From the IMG/VR virus record IMGVR_UViG_2671180921_000003, positions 1 to 5,487 of that record: a stretch of 5,487 nucleotides of DNA, one strand, 5' to 3'. A program made the translations under genes and the position numbers. Below, one piece after another: positions 4,962-5,487 of this stretch. Below the pieces are notes generated by a model, which searched no databases, was not told the origin of the DNA, and saw only the letters and a list, made by a program, of their open reading frames with translations. Numbering within the stretch: position 1 is the first letter of the stretch; each line of letters begins with the position of its first letter. This DNA comes from a virus (Duplodnaviria; Heunggongvirae; Uroviricota; Caudoviricetes).

Positions 4962-4992
4962 GCCGTCAGTGGGTGACACTGGCGGCTTTTTT
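4962..4992 (+). terminator. Rho-independent terminator about 50 nt upstream of the holin start
   Basis: 10-bp stem GCCGTCAGTG (4962-4971) / CACTGGCGGC (4977-4986) with one G-U pair, 5-nt loop, then TTTTTT 4987-4992 followed by further T-rich sequence. Confidence 0.75.
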
Positions 4993-5042
4993 GTTTTTCT
5001 TTACTTTCATTTTCTGTCGGCGGTGACGGAGACATACATCAG

Positions 5043-5249
5043 ATGGAAAAAATCACAACAGGTGTGTCATACACCACGTCAGCGGTGGGGACGGGATACT
5101 GGTTACTGCAGCTGCTGGACAAAGTCTCTCCATCCCAGTGGGTGGCAATAGGTGTATTGGGTAGCCTGCTGTTTGGCCTGCTGACGTATCTGACAAACCT
5201 TTATTTCAAGATTAAAGAAGATAAGCGTAAGGCTGCACGGGGAGAGTAA
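5043..5249 (+). CDS. S: Class II holin, phage 21 S (S21) family pinholin-like lysis protein, 68 aa
   Basis: Product [68 protein letters not shown] is near-collinear with my recollection of S21 / DLP12 EssD (..[45 protein letters not shown]). GGAG 11 nt upstream. Confidence 0.9.
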   Translation: MEKITTGVSYTTSAVGTGYWLLQLLDKVSPSQWVAIGVLGSLLFGLLTYLTNLYFKIKEDKRKAARGE

Positions 5250-5253
5250 TTCA

Positions 5254-5487
5254 ATGACTCAAAACTATGAACTGATTGTGAAAGGGATCCGCAATTTTGA
5301 GAATAAAGTTACGGTAACTTTAGCGTTACGGGACAAAAAACGCTTTGACGGTGAAATTTTTGACCTGGACATCTCGCTGGACCGTGTTGAAGGTGCCGCG
5401 CTGGAGGTTTATGAGGCTGCAGCCAGAAGGAGCATCAGACAGGTCTTCCTGGATGTTGCTGCCGGGTTATGTGAAGGGGACGAGCTG
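5254..5487 (+). CDS. Hypothetical protein, 5' part only (78 codons visible; continues past the window end)
   Basis: ATG 5254 with GGGGAGAG Shine-Dalgarno 7 nt upstream, 4 nt after the holin stop; open to the end of the window. Product MTQNYELIVKGIRNFENKVTVTLALRDKKRFDGEIFDLDISLDRVEGAALEVYEAAARRSIRQVFLDVAAGLCEGDEL is soluble and has no signal-arrest-release or transmembrane N-terminus, so it is not an S21-type SAR endolysin. Confidence 0.55.
   Translation, partial: MTQNYELIVKGIRNFENKVTVTLALRDKKRFDGEIFDLDISLDRVEGAALEVYEAAARRSIRQVFLDVAAGLCEGDEL

Larger units (their letters stand above)
4601..5042 (+). repeat. Three diverged tandem copies of a leader module (hairpin, spacer, CATTTTCTG-N7-GTGACGGA-like motif); the third copy is the holin leader
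   Basis: Motif copies: 4665-4703 (ttatttttcacagacagcaatgatgtctgtcaatatatt), 4831-4870 (acattttctgacagacagtgacggatgttgtcaagatatt) and 5001-5042 (cattttctgtcggcggtgacggagacatacatcag). Copies 1 and 2 are each preceded by an A-tract plus AGCCAGC hairpin. Identity is about 65-75% by eye. Confidence 0.5.

Noticed and set aside
4855-5151. 98-aa plus-strand ORF overlapping the holin start
   Set aside because: Reads through the 4962-4992 terminator and overlaps the holin out of frame; the holin frame has strong family support.
1-5487. CRISPR arrays or integrase/attachment sites
   Set aside because: No regularly spaced direct repeats with unique spacers and no integrase-like ORF in the window. The only repeats are the diverged leader modules at 4601-5042 and short promoter-proximal repeats.

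Overview
The window reads as the nin / late-regulatory / lysis segment of a lambdoid prophage from an E. coli-like enterobacterium. All genes are on the + strand except a transposase fragment at the left edge. Order: IS256-family-like transposase N-terminus (- strand, 1-123); intrinsic terminator; small hypothetical ORF; DUF968/YdfU-like protein with two Cys/His clusters; RusA Holliday-junction resolvase; putative Q-type late antiterminator; pR'-like promoter and tR'-like terminator; a strong promoter driving three tandem tRNAs (ileZ-like CAU, an atypical middle tRNA-like gene, tRNA-Arg UCU) and their terminator; a cargo block made of a TerB-like protein translationally coupled to a 55-aa two-helix membrane peptide, about 215 nt of non-coding DNA closed by a strong terminator, a 56-aa small protein and an overlapping 63-codon ORF with no canonical start; three diverged tandem copies of a hairpin-containing leader module; terminator; S21-family holin; and the start of an unrecognised gene. 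No Stx genes occupy the tRNA-to-holin slot where Stx phages carry them. The TerB-like/membrane-peptide pair and the start-less small ORF in that slot are the best candidates for an undescribed accessory function. All identifications come from reading the sequence and recalled family features; no database search was run.
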